A stretch of 64,000 nucleotides of DNA from positions 10,852 to 74,851 of the forward strand of contig CAIKOH010000064.1 in assembly GCA_903829075.1 (NCBI GenBank), written 5' to 3'. The notes below the pieces were generated by a model, which did not search any database, had not been told where the DNA came from, and was given only the letters and a program-made list of their open reading frames with translations. This stretch comes from Candidatus Uhrbacteria bacterium (GTDB lineage Bacteria > Patescibacteriota > Patescibacteriia > 2-12-FULL-60-25). Shown in pieces: positions 18,349 to 28,296 of the stretch (position 1 is its first letter; each line of letters opens with the position of its first letter). A program made the position numbers and the translations under genes.

Positions 18349-20358
18349 TTACGGAGCGATCTCCATGGTAAATGGTTTGTCCGTCGAGACATCGGTCGAG
18401 GTACGATAGAAGCGATCCCCCCACTCACTCGGCATTTCCGACGGGAGAGCGGATACAATCTTTGTAGCGAATGAGATGTCAAGCGTCAAACGCATACGCG
18501 AACCTGGTTGTTTTTGCACCATCAACTGATACGGCGTACGTGATCCCTGTTGCAACTGCACCACAGGACTCAGCACCCAGGGTAATCGATACGTGAACAC
18601 AAGGTCGCGAGACTGACCCGGCTCAATCTTCCAAAAGGTACCGAACACCGTTTTTCCCAGATCGTGTCCAACATCAATCGTGGGCGATGTCGGTGTTGGA
18701 TGCTCACGATCGGAAATCATCGCTCCCTGCACAGACACGAGCTGACTTCCCTCCGGCACAAACACCCGTACATAATCACGGTAGGTGGTGTAACGCCAAT
18801 CAGCTGTTTGCTGCGTGTTCTGATAATGCAGACGCAGCGTGGCAAGCGGATGGTTCGGGTCGCTCGCATCAAGCTGATAGATCATCTGTTTATTCATCAC
18901 CCCATCGGTTTTATACGCATCCACGTTTGTATCTACTACCCATAGGTAATCTTGTGCCGGGTTTGCAATGCGATCCGTCCAGGCCTTCGCATCGAGCGCC
19001 GCAAGCAGTTGCGGATCGCGATCGTACAGCAACACATCCTTGTGATCCAACGCCTGCGTACACATCGCGAGCATATCCGTCCATCGTCCAAACGGCATCT
19101 CCATCAACCGCTGCAACAACACCTGCCCCACATCGCGAACGATGTCTTTACGCGCAGCCATGGACTGTCCTTGTGCACGAAACTTCACCTCAACATCGTA
19201 CTGCAATTGACTAAAAAACGTATTCGCAGAAAATGTTTCTCCATCAACCGTTAACGGTCCGGTTAAACTCAACAGTTGCTGAAACAATCCTGGTTCCAAG
19301 GCAATCACCCCATCAATCGGCTGCACGGGCTGATGTGCAGCCACGCGTTCACGTTGATAGATATCAAGCAGTCGCTCCGCGGTCTGCGGAAAATCCGGGG
19401 ACCAGTTGCTATCGCGTAAAAACCAGGTTTGAAGCTGCAGCTCACGCTGCAATGGAACCGGCGGCAGATCATGGATCGATCCTTTTGCCGCTTCGTCGAG
19501 CGAGTACACGTCCTGAAACTGCCAGGACACCAAACGTCCCGCGTCCAAACCAACAAGTCCGACCATACCGATAAATCCCCCGGTGGGACGAAGCTCGTCG
19601 CTATTTTGCAGCACCACAAGATACGTTTTTGGATGTGGATATCCGGCCATCGGGACAAATGTTTGCAATAACGGAATCGCTTGATGCAGTACCCGCTCCG
19701 CATCTTGCAGGCGCATCATCCACGGCTGAATCGTGGCCGCGAACGCAGGATCCCGTGGACCTTGTTGCCAGGTGTTCACCGCTTGCTGCAACAAAAGCTC
19801 CGCTTGTTGCATAGCCGGAAGCGCATCTGACAACCGTTGCAAAAACACCCGACGCTCATCTGAAGACAGTTGTTGCAACGAGCCGTTGGCCGGAACCTGA
19901 ACGGAGCCGATCAACCCCTGACCCTGATTCAATAACTGGGCCGCTTGGCTCAATTCATTCACGACCTGCAACATGGTGTAGCCTGCGTTCACCGCCAATG
20001 ATCCGGTCTGTTCTACGGTGCGCAGCGCATCAAGCCTTGGCCCCACCCACCACACATATCGCCACGGACGAATCGCATTCCACGCCTGATCCATGTGCTG
20101 AAAATCCTTCTGCGCAAGCGCAAGATGCTGTTCAGCCTGTGCAAAATCTTTTTGAATAAACGCTCGTTGAACCGAAGAAATTTGCTGACGAGCGTCCCGC
20201 GCAGACCACGCAAAAAAAACACAAGCGAGCACGCTCCACACAAACCACAGTGCGCACACAACGATACACAAAACACTTACACGAACCAACCACGTCGTCC
20301 TCTGCTTCGGACGATTTTTAACGGCGTGATGATGAGAATTTGAAGAAAGGGCTGACAT
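18349..20358 (-). CDS. DUF4012-like membrane-anchored envelope protein
   Basis: 669 aa. N-terminal TM segment WLVRVSVLCIVVCALWFVWSVLACVFFAW. The motif VLQNSDELRPTGGFIGMVG is what I recall for DUF4012. Confidence 0.7.
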   Translation of the reverse strand: MSALSSNSHHHAVKNRPKQRTTWLVRVSVLCIVVCALWFVWSVLACVFFAWSARDARQQISSVQRAFIQKDFAQAEQHLALAQKDFQHMDQAWNAIRPWRYVWWVGPRLDALRTVEQTGSLAVNAGYTMLQVVNELSQAAQLLNQGQGLIGSVQVPANGSLQQLSSDERRVFLQRLSDALPAMQQAELLLQQAVNTWQQGPRDPAFAATIQPWMMRLQDAERVLHQAIPLLQTFVPMAGYPHPKTYLVVLQNSDELRPTGGFIGMVGLVGLDAGRLVSWQFQDVYSLDEAAKGSIHDLPPVPLQRELQLQTWFLRDSNWSPDFPQTAERLLDIYQRERVAAHQPVQPIDGVIALEPGLFQQLLSLTGPLTVDGETFSANTFFSQLQYDVEVKFRAQGQSMAARKDIVRDVGQVLLQRLMEMPFGRWTDMLAMCTQALDHKDVLLYDRDPQLLAALDAKAWTDRIANPAQDYLWVVDTNVDAYKTDGVMNKQMIYQLDASDPNHPLATLRLHYQNTQQTADWRYTTYRDYVRVFVPEGSQLVSVQGAMISDREHPTPTSPTIDVGHDLGKTVFGTFWKIEPGQSRDLVFTYRLPWVLSPVVQLQQGSRTPYQLMVQKQPGSRMRLTLDISFATKIVSALPSEMPSEWGDRFYRTSTDVSTDKPFTMEIAP

Positions 20359-20371
20359 GAAAAAAAGAGAC

Positions 20372-21199
20372 TTACGAACTCACCAGACGCGCAGAAGGAC
20401 GCTGTCGATATTTCCAAAAGTATTGTACCCCACTTTTGATATGCATGCGCGTTTTACGATTGGTCAAAACCTCCCACAGATGACTCACCTGACTTTCACG
20501 CTGGTAGAAATGCACAAAAAAGGCAACGGGCGTGTACGTCACCCGCGAACCCGCTTCCCAAATCCGACGACACAAATCCTCGTCCTCAAAATATAAAAAA
20601 AATCGCTCGTCAAAATGACCAATTTTTTCTGACACCTCGCGACGCATCAAAAGCGCGGCTCCAAGTAACCAATCAACATCTTGTTCCTGTTCACGATCCG
20701 AGTCTTGAGAAAAATAGCGCTCGAGCGCCCGCTTTCCCCAAGGTGTTTTCCCTAAAATCGTTCGTCGATACACAGGGGTTAACTCGGTATGATAACGACA
20801 AAATGATCCTTGAAGCGAACGATCTGGATTCTATAATTTCGGCCCAGAAATACCCACATCAGGATGCTGCTCCATCCAGGCAATCCATTTTTCCATCTCG
20901 CCTGGAAACACAATCAAATCCGGATTCAGACAGGCGAGATACTTGCCACGCGCTTGACGCAACGCACGATTATTCGCCGGTCCAAACCCCAGGTTTTTTC
21001 CATTTTCAATAATTTTTACCCAAGGAAATCGTTCTCGAATAAGTGGTACCGATTCATCGTTGGAACCATTATCGACAACAAAGTATTCAAACGGAAAAGA
21101 AAATTTCGCCTCTTCAACCGCAGTCAGCAAATGCCGCATGAAATGCGGGGTACGCGTATTCACGGTCACAAAAGAGACTAACGGAATAACATCATCCAT
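20372..21199 (-). pseudogene. family-2 glycosyltransferase interrupted by one in-frame TAG
   Basis: ORFs 20831-21199 and 20372-20773 are in the same frame (offset 459 nt). Reading through gives ...GISGPKL*NPDRSLQGSF...YRRTILG.... The stop is at 20831-20833, at the position of the conserved hydrophobic residue in the GT2 KLxNPDGS motif. Confidence 0.75.
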
Positions 21200-21205
21200 A
21201 GGGGT

Positions 21206-22255
21206 TTATCTGAACCAGACGGCCATGTCTTTGGTGGAAATTCGAGAGAATGTTTGACGTGACACGCGATGGTTGAACAACCGTACCCAAGCAGAGACCG
21301 AGATGTCAAGCTTCGGCCACATCAACGGATCAACCAACAAGAGGCCGTAACGACGCACGCAGCCCCACACAATCCATGGGGCATGACGAAGACGCAACAA
21401 CGGGGAGTCCTCTTTCAGACGCACACGTCCAATATAGACCTGATCCGCACGCTGTTCACGTGCCGCCGCAGAATACCAGGCACGCCAACGTCTCCATCCT
21501 TGTACCTGTAGCTCATTCGAGGCGACTCGCCACACCTGCACCGCTGGCAATAATGCAATTTTTAATCCAGCCCAGCGCGCGCGCCACATGACATCCAACA
21601 CAGCCTGAAAGGGCGACAGATCCTGATCAAAAAACAGGGAGCGCTCCTCTTTTCCCAAGGCTTGCCAGACAGAAGCGCGGACCGCAACGCAAGCTCCACT
21701 CGCCGCAAAAACCTCACGTGGCTCAAGTGACTCCTCCGTATTGATTCCTCCAGCTTCGGGGAACATCACTCGACGCGAACGCGTCAGGCGCATCTCTCCT
21801 TCTTCGATCCGTGGGGTACGATCAAGACTTACGGCTTCGTCTTCCGCTACATGTATCGCTGCATGCAAGGTTCGTGGCACGGCAAACATGAGGGCAGAAT
21901 CACGCTCAAACGCTTCCACGATCTGCGCGAGCGCCGTAGGTGCGAGCACCGCATTTGGTGCCATGAACACCAAAAAATGCGAGGACCATTCGCTCTCTGG
22001 CCAACGAGCAAGATTAAACGCCAAGCCCTGATTCTGCCCGCGCGACCATCCAAAAGCGCGCGCGTTGCGCAACGTCACTGCTTCAGGTCGATGCTCCGCA
22101 AGCCATGCCAGTGATCCGTCCTGCGACGCCGTATCCACCATAGTCACCTGAAAGGCACGCGAGGTCTGCGCATCCAACGACGAAAAAAAATGCGGCAAAA
22201 ATGCCACATGGTTATGCGTCACGCACTGGATGAGAACTTGAGGCGCTGGTTCCAT
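21206..22255 (-). CDS. glycosyltransferase family 2-like protein
   Basis: VLIQCVTHNHVAFLPHFFSSLDAQT...VTMVDTASQDGSLAWL...GWSRGQNQG follows the GT-A N-terminal pattern. The ATG at 22255 is preferred over the GTG at 22279. Confidence 0.7.
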   Translation of the reverse strand: MEPAPQVLIQCVTHNHVAFLPHFFSSLDAQTSRAFQVTMVDTASQDGSLAWLAEHRPEAVTLRNARAFGWSRGQNQGLAFNLARWPESEWSSHFLVFMAPNAVLAPTALAQIVEAFERDSALMFAVPRTLHAAIHVAEDEAVSLDRTPRIEEGEMRLTRSRRVMFPEAGGINTEESLEPREVFAASGACVAVRASVWQALGKEERSLFFDQDLSPFQAVLDVMWRARWAGLKIALLPAVQVWRVASNELQVQGWRRWRAWYSAAAREQRADQVYIGRVRLKEDSPLLRLRHAPWIVWGCVRRYGLLLVDPLMWPKLDISVSAWVRLFNHRVSRQTFSRISTKDMAVWFR

Positions 22256-22369
22256 AGTAAAAAAATGCTCTTCAAGCACAACAAAACAACACGTCGCGCA
22301 GATCTTATCAGACTAACCTATTCCATCAGAGAAAGACAAGTGGATATCTCAAGCTTCACGCAAAAAACA

Positions 22370-23848
22370 TCAGGACCGCTCCATACGTTTCGGGGAAACG
22401 TAAAATCCCAAGCGCTTTCCCAACATCAGGCGCGTCTGCGCATCAAGCGCGGGAAGTGCTCCGAACAGGATAAAGGTCACCGGCAACAACAACCACTGAA
22501 ACGCCATGATCGTATACGCATGCCAACGAGAAATCTTTGCTGGTCGTGGCGGCAGCAATGTGAGCGCCAGAATACCGGATACCAACACACCGATCATGGC
22601 AAAACGCATCAACCATTCAAGGGTAAACGGCGTATTCGCCACAAACGCCTGCCGATGCAATTCATGCGGCGCAACCCAAAAAGGTAGATACCCAAGAATA
22701 AAAATCAGGAATGGCGCCGTTGCCCAGGTATAACTTCCTTCCAACTGTTTGAAGGTCCATTTCATTTTCGTGATGAGCGGCATCTGCTTATCTGCCCAAA
22801 ACATCTCCATCATGTAGGGAAAATTCTCCACGCCCCAGGCCCAGCGACGCAACTGCTTATACAACGCTTTCAGCGCGGGAAAATACCGATCTGTCATCAC
22901 CGTATCCATGGACACCGGCAAATGAATGGGCGTGACGCGATAGCGACCATGATAGTGCACTAATCCCTGCAAAAAAATCCGTGAATCCTCGGACACGATA
23001 TCTGCCTGCCAATATCCCACATCCATCAGCATGCGCAAACTCATGGAATGGGAGGAGAATGTCATCATGCCCTCAGGACGAGCGAGCTCTGTCATCAACC
23101 AGAACGTTGTTCCAAACATGGCCACACGCACCGGCGCTGGCGATTCCCACAGATTATTATTGTACAAGGCCACCGGCTGATACGAACTATGCGTGGGTTC
23201 ATCGACCGTCAGATACACATAGGTGATGCAGGACAGATATTCACGATGCACCAACGTGTCCACGTCAAACGCGGACACGATCACCCGTTCCGGAGAGATC
23301 CCTTCCTGAACGATTTGCGGCACAACCTGCTCGGCAGCCCAGTGCAGATTCGACCCTTTCCCGATCACCTCGCCCACGATATCCGCAGGATGCACGGTCA
23401 CAGAAAATCGAAAAAACGTCGCTTGAAAATCCTGACGCAGCCGTTCTGCGAGGGGGCAAAATGTCGCTGCTGCGCGCGCCTCTCCTGCCAATACAATCCA
23501 GATACGCGAACTCGGAAAGGTCGATTCACTCACTACACGCAACGTTTCGCGCACCACCGACTCTGATTCATTCACCATCGGCAAAAAAATAAGCTGGTAC
23601 GTCTGATCAAACCCTTCGAGCTGGGCGGCTTCTACACCCCAATTTCGTTTCAGCGCCTGTCGATAGCGCCACCAAGAAACCAGCAGGAACGGAATGAAAT
23701 ACACGATCCGTAGCAACCAATACAGATCAAACAATAGAATAAAATAGATCATCCACAGCGGCTCCACAAACGAAAGTACCACGCTTGTAATCAGCGTGAA
23801 CCACACGAGCGCTCCGGGAAGAATGCTGTAAAAACGATGACGGGTCAT
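22370..23848 (-). CDS. membrane-embedded processive-type family-2 glycosyltransferase (polysaccharide synthase-like)
   Basis: 492 aa with TM helices at both ends. Carries DVD, SEDSR (TED-like) and QLRRWAWG (QxxRW) motifs. Confidence 0.72.
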   Translation of the reverse strand: MTRHRFYSILPGALVWFTLITSVVLSFVEPLWMIYFILLFDLYWLLRIVYFIPFLLVSWWRYRQALKRNWGVEAAQLEGFDQTYQLIFLPMVNESESVVRETLRVVSESTFPSSRIWIVLAGEARAAATFCPLAERLRQDFQATFFRFSVTVHPADIVGEVIGKGSNLHWAAEQVVPQIVQEGISPERVIVSAFDVDTLVHREYLSCITYVYLTVDEPTHSSYQPVALYNNNLWESPAPVRVAMFGTTFWLMTELARPEGMMTFSSHSMSLRMLMDVGYWQADIVSEDSRIFLQGLVHYHGRYRVTPIHLPVSMDTVMTDRYFPALKALYKQLRRWAWGVENFPYMMEMFWADKQMPLITKMKWTFKQLEGSYTWATAPFLIFILGYLPFWVAPHELHRQAFVANTPFTLEWLMRFAMIGVLVSGILALTLLPPRPAKISRWHAYTIMAFQWLLLPVTFILFGALPALDAQTRLMLGKRLGFYVSPKRMERS

Positions 23849-24258
23849 ACGGAATGCTTGATCTGCGACTCCTTGTTCTTCGGGAGCGTGATATTAGGTT
23901 CGGCGTCGTACAGAGGGATAGCTACGCGCGTCGTTGAAAACGCGGCGATCTCACGTGCTACGTGCGGCAGATCAGCCGCCTGATCGACAATGATTTCAAC
24001 CAAAGGCACATGCCACAATCGCGCGAGCAGATTCGCGTACACTACCCCCACGCGCACCGCACTGAACGAACCCGGACCTGAGACGACACACACGCCCTCA
24101 AGATGTTTTTTACGAAGACGCGCCTCACGCACCAAACCTGTCAACAAAAATGGGGCACGCTCCTCGTAGGTACGCACCTTGACTCGTCCATGCTCAAACC
24201 ATCCGTAGGTAGAGGTACGGGGCGCGTGCGTATCAAGATACAGCCATGACATAAGCAT
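23845..24258 (-). CDS. TsaB/YeaZ-like N-terminal domain protein (short form)
   Basis: 137 aa. The SGPGSFSAVRVGVVYANLLA motif resembles TsaB GPGSFTGLRIG. Only about half the usual length. Confidence 0.5.
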   Translation of the reverse strand: MLMSWLYLDTHAPRTSTYGWFEHGRVKVRTYEERAPFLLTGLVREARLRKKHLEGVCVVSGPGSFSAVRVGVVYANLLARLWHVPLVEIIVDQAADLPHVAREIAAFSTTRVAIPLYDAEPNITLPKNKESQIKHSV

Positions 24259-24863
24259 TATCCTCTCTCCCCTAATCGATCCAACACCACATTTTTCGGC
24301 GATTCAAGAATCGAAAACAAAAAGCGGTCCGTCATCTCTTTGCGATAACGATACTCATCTGGGGACATGATAGAAAAATTAATCGTGCACCCCAGATCAC
24401 GTTCGGTTTCGTTCACGATGCGTTTCATCTCTTGCTGATTGACCTGACCGACCACAAAGATATCCACGGGCGCACCTTGCGTATGCAAAAACAGTCCCAA
24501 GAACGCAAGATAACGCACATCACCAAGGGCCAAAATTTCTTGATCAAGCCGACGCTCGAGCATTAATTTTGACTTAAACATCAAAGCTCGGATTTCTGGC
24601 AGCAACGGACACTGCGCGTTTAATTGATAGTACTTTCGTTTCACACCCGCGGGGGTCGCTGGTTCCTCAGGTGAAGGCAGGACGTCGGTGCGTTCAATGA
24701 TCAATCCAAGCAACAATAAATTCGCCAATTCACGGCGAATCGCATTGATCTGTACATCCAAACGCCGGGTAATTTCACGCACGAAGATGGGTTCATCTGG
24801 CGTACGCAAAAACAGATTCAGAAGTTTGACTCGGGTTTTTGAACCAAAGAGGTGTTCAAGCAT
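24258..24863 (-). CDS. winged helix-turn-helix transcriptional regulator
   Basis: 201 aa. N-terminal region LFGSKTRVKLLNLFLRTPDEPIFVREITRRLDVQINAIRRELANL. Confidence 0.6.
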   Translation of the reverse strand: MLEHLFGSKTRVKLLNLFLRTPDEPIFVREITRRLDVQINAIRRELANLLLLGLIIERTDVLPSPEEPATPAGVKRKYYQLNAQCPLLPEIRALMFKSKLMLERRLDQEILALGDVRYLAFLGLFLHTQGAPVDIFVVGQVNQQEMKRIVNETERDLGCTINFSIMSPDEYRYRKEMTDRFLFSILESPKNVVLDRLGERG

Positions 24864-24950
24864 ACCTTGCTCCCCGTATCGTGCTTGATCGAACGACGCT
24901 TGACAAGCCCATCCCCCTTAAACGGCATTTCGATTATCCTATTCGCAGTC

Positions 24951-27038
24951 ATGTCGGAACTCGATCGTCATTATCGCCTAGCCGAGATTGAAGTCACCGC
25001 TTCGGGACGCCTCGAGCGTATCGTGGGTGTTTTTCGATACGAATCCGACGTACGTCGAGCACATACGCCAATTGTGCTGCTGCTGGTGGATATCGCTTCC
25101 ACACTCTACGTCTACGAACAGTTGCTCGATGCGCTGAACGTTGCCGCAGAACAGGCACGCCATCAACTTGCAGGCGTGGAAAGCGACCCCATGGCGCGAT
25201 TTGAAAAGCTCGTTCAGCGTTTAAACGAGGCCGTTGCTCGCTTTCTTGAACACGAGCCCACAGCCATCACTTGGAACCGCGTAAATTTATATGCGGTTGA
25301 ACTCTCCGAGAGCCACATCTGCCTGACCGGCATCGGACACCTGTGCAGTCTATTTCTCCAAAAACAACCGGATCAACACTATCGTGCGTTTGATTTATTT
25401 GGTTCACTTGAACAACCAGAAACCATCGATCCCAACAAACCCTTCACCTCGCTCATCTGCGGCGATCTACACCCCGGTGACATTCTGTTTGCCGGAACAC
25501 GTAACTTTGAAAGCATCCGCGAAGAGTTGCGTTTAGTTGAACGCCTCAAAACACTTCCCGCCGTGAGCGCCGCTCTCGAAATCCAACAAGACCTCGAACA
25601 TGGCGATGTGCGCGACGATTTTTCTGGTCTTATTATTGCTCAAGTTGAATTGCCTGCACGATCAGAGGCTTCAACCGAACCCGTGACCGAACCACTCAAA
25701 GAAAGCAGCACAGAATCTGTCAAAAAAATGGAACGCTCAGTACGCGCCACAGAAGCTGCGCTGGCACCGGCACTCACCCCACTACCCCACACAACCGAGC
25801 AAACCTGGAAAGAACGGTTTCAAAACATCTTTGACGAAGGGGCTCGACGCGTTCACGCAGTACTGAAACGCCGCCATGACCATGATCTGTTATCGCTCAA
25901 CAATTTGCGCGGCATGAACGCTGGCTACCAATCAAAAATCACGCGCCAACATACCATAAAGATCGCTCTTGGCATCGCGGGCATTCTCATGATCGTTGGT
26001 GGCATCTTCTGGTATCAAGCAATGCGTCGCAATGCCGCTGAACAGGCGCTCTGGAACGCCTCCTATGATCAGATCCTTGACCGCGAACATCGCGCCGAGG
26101 CAGATCTCGTCTATCAAAATGAAGCCGATGCCCGCAGTTTAGTTCAAGAAGGCGAACACATGCTCGCCTCGCTTGATGGAACTTCTGCCACGCGTCAAGC
26201 CGCAAAAGCAAAACTCGCCGATCTCTTCAACGCGGTGGAACAACATCTACGCCACATCAACGCGGTGGATAATCCGGTCAGCTTCACCGTCAGCACAACC
26301 TCTGACGACACCATCGATGCGCTTACCGTTTCTCATCAGCACATCTACGCCGGAACCGCTCAAGGACATCTCTTTGATGTTGATGTCAGTGCAAATTCCA
26401 TTGCCCCACTCCCAGCTACCTCAGCCAACGGTTCGATCCAAGCCATCACGGGTGACGCTACACGCGTACTCATTCTACAAAACAACCATCTCTTTGCATT
26501 GACACCAGCCGGCGCGGCGCTGAGTGAAGTCGCGTTCGTTCCCTCGAGTCGCGTTTCCAGCACAACCGCCCTTCAACTCTATACGGGAAAACTCTACCTT
26601 CTTGATGCAATCTCTGGCATGATCTGGAAATTCCCGGCGCACGGCACAGGCTTTGGAAAAGAACAGGCCTATCTCAAACAGCCTATGGCAGAGCTTCAGC
26701 AGGCCGCGGATCTAGCGATTGATTCCAATGTATACGTCGCGTTGAATCAAGGAAGTCTCTTACGTTTTCTTTCTGGAAACCCGCAGACCTGGAAACTCCA
26801 GTCCATTGATCCACCGCTCACCTCCATCGCTCATCTCTGGACAGATCTGAACAGCACGCGAATCGTTGTCACGGATCCGGCCAACAGACGCGTCCTCGTG
26901 TTCAACAAAGATGGTTCACTCAACGAACAGATCACCTCAAACAACCTTCAACATCCCAACAACGTAACCGTCGACCCTACCGCAAAAAAAATCTACGTGT
27001 CTGACACAAATCACATTCTCGTCTTCGATCTACCGTAA
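24951..27038 (+). CDS. hypothetical single-pass membrane protein with a C-terminal NHL/beta-propeller-like region
   Basis: ATG at 24951 (MSELDRHY). Mid-protein TM segment IALGIAGILMIVGGIFWY. The C-terminus contains NRRVLVFNKDGSL...PNNVTVDPTAKKIYVSDTNHILVFDL. The N-terminal segment GDLHPGDILFAGTRNF weakly resembles PP2C/SpoIIE. Confidence 0.6.
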   Translation: MSELDRHYRLAEIEVTASGRLERIVGVFRYESDVRRAHTPIVLLLVDIASTLYVYEQLLDALNVAAEQARHQLAGVESDPMARFEKLVQRLNEAVARFLEHEPTAITWNRVNLYAVELSESHICLTGIGHLCSLFLQKQPDQHYRAFDLFGSLEQPETIDPNKPFTSLICGDLHPGDILFAGTRNFESIREELRLVERLKTLPAVSAALEIQQDLEHGDVRDDFSGLIIAQVELPARSEASTEPVTEPLKESSTESVKKMERSVRATEAALAPALTPLPHTTEQTWKERFQNIFDEGARRVHAVLKRRHDHDLLSLNNLRGMNAGYQSKITRQHTIKIALGIAGILMIVGGIFWYQAMRRNAAEQALWNASYDQILDREHRAEADLVYQNEADARSLVQEGEHMLASLDGTSATRQAAKAKLADLFNAVEQHLRHINAVDNPVSFTVSTTSDDTIDALTVSHQHIYAGTAQGHLFDVDVSANSIAPLPATSANGSIQAITGDATRVLILQNNHLFALTPAGAALSEVAFVPSSRVSSTTALQLYTGKLYLLDAISGMIWKFPAHGTGFGKEQAYLKQPMAELQQAADLAIDSNVYVALNQGSLLRFLSGNPQTWKLQSIDPPLTSIAHLWTDLNSTRIVVTDPANRRVLVFNKDGSLNEQITSNNLQHPNNVTVDPTAKKIYVSDTNHILVFDLP

Positions 27039-27040
27039 AT

Positions 27041-27070
27041 AAAAAACTCGCTCTCCTGGCGAGTTTTTTA
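27041..27070 (+). terminator. intrinsic terminator
   Basis: AACTCGC-tctcctg-GCGAGTT followed by TTTT, 3 nt after the stop. Confidence 0.6.
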
Positions 27071-27132
27071 TTCTGATTCCTGATATTCCCCCTCTGGTAG
27101 CCTCATCTTTGTCCATGTGATACGCTCGCGCC

Positions 27133-28254
27133 ATGTTGATCGGCATCGAAGCTTCGCGCGCCAATCGCGTCCACAAAACCGGCGTTGAATGGTACGCGTG
27201 GCAACTCATTCAAGCTCTCAAACATCTTCCTGAAGCACAGGAACATGCCTGGCTTCTCTACACAAATACCTCACTCGCCGAACCCCTCCGCACCGGACCT
27301 GCAAACTGGCACGAAGCACAACTTTCCTGGCCAGTCCCCTACCTGTGGACTCAAGCGCGTCTCAGTTATGAGATGCGCGTTCGTCCACCAACACGCCTCT
27401 TTGTTCCCGCGCACGTCCTGCCCTTGGTCACCCCTAAAAAAAGCTTTGTTACCATTCATGATGTTGGCTTTCATCGTTTTCCAAAACTCTACAAACCCGT
27501 TCAACGCGCCTATCACGAATGGAGCACCCGCGACATTATTCGACGCGCCGCTCGCATCATCACCGTGTCAGAATTTTCCAAACAAGAACTGATTGAACTC
27601 TACCGCGCCTCTCCCGATCAGGTCGTCGTCATCCCCCTAGGCATCGACCAAACGTCAAAGCCGCCCATCCCCTCTGAACGACAGCAAGCCATTCTCAAAA
27701 CCCATCATCTCACCCACCCTTTTTTTCTATTCATCGGACGCTTGGAACGCAAGAAAAATGTCACCCTCCTTGTCGAGGCGTTTACTCGTTTTACACAGAC
27801 GCGGGACAAAAATGACCTCACGGAACTCGTATTCGTGGGTCCTCCAGGTGAAGGCTACACCGAATTTCAACGTCTTCGAAATGCCTCGCCTGCACGAGAC
27901 GCCATTCGTGTCCTTGGCTATCTCAACGAAGAAGAGAAAACCGTTCTCCTGCAATCTGCAACCGCGCTTGTGCACGCAACATGGTATGAAGGGTTCGGCC
28001 TCACCCCGCTTGAAGCCATGGCTCAGGGGACACCCGCGATCTGTTCGCGCGTCGCATCACTCCCGGAGGTCGTGGGAGAAAAAAATGCCCTGTGGTTTGA
28101 TCCGAGTAACATCAACAGCCTCGTGAACGCCCTGCACGCCATCTCAGACGACAAACAGCTGCGTGCGCACCTGAGCGAACTTGGTCAGCAATGGGTCAAA
28201 AAATACACCTGGCAAGAAACCGCGCACCAGACCTTGCGGGTGCTGACGGACTAA
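27133..28254 (+). CDS. glycosyltransferase family 4
   Basis: 373 aa. FIGRLERKKN and EGFGLTPLEAMAQGTPAI are GT-B/GT4 motifs. Confidence 0.85.
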   Translation: MLIGIEASRANRVHKTGVEWYAWQLIQALKHLPEAQEHAWLLYTNTSLAEPLRTGPANWHEAQLSWPVPYLWTQARLSYEMRVRPPTRLFVPAHVLPLVTPKKSFVTIHDVGFHRFPKLYKPVQRAYHEWSTRDIIRRAARIITVSEFSKQELIELYRASPDQVVVIPLGIDQTSKPPIPSERQQAILKTHHLTHPFFLFIGRLERKKNVTLLVEAFTRFTQTRDKNDLTELVFVGPPGEGYTEFQRLRNASPARDAIRVLGYLNEEEKTVLLQSATALVHATWYEGFGLTPLEAMAQGTPAICSRVASLPEVVGEKNALWFDPSNINSLVNALHAISDDKQLRAHLSELGQQWVKKYTWQETAHQTLRVLTD

Positions 28255-28296
28255 TTTCATCCGTATGCTCGATGAGCTGAAAAAAGTTTATTTGAA

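Noticed and set aside
20831-20833. TAG reassignment (alternative genetic code) as the explanation for the in-frame amber codon in the GT2 gene.
   Set aside because: TAG is used as an ordinary stop by well-defined genes in the same window: rplO at 1294-1296, rpsJ at 10300-10302, trpS, and the 165-aa ORF. A nonsense mutation or a variant is the simpler explanation.
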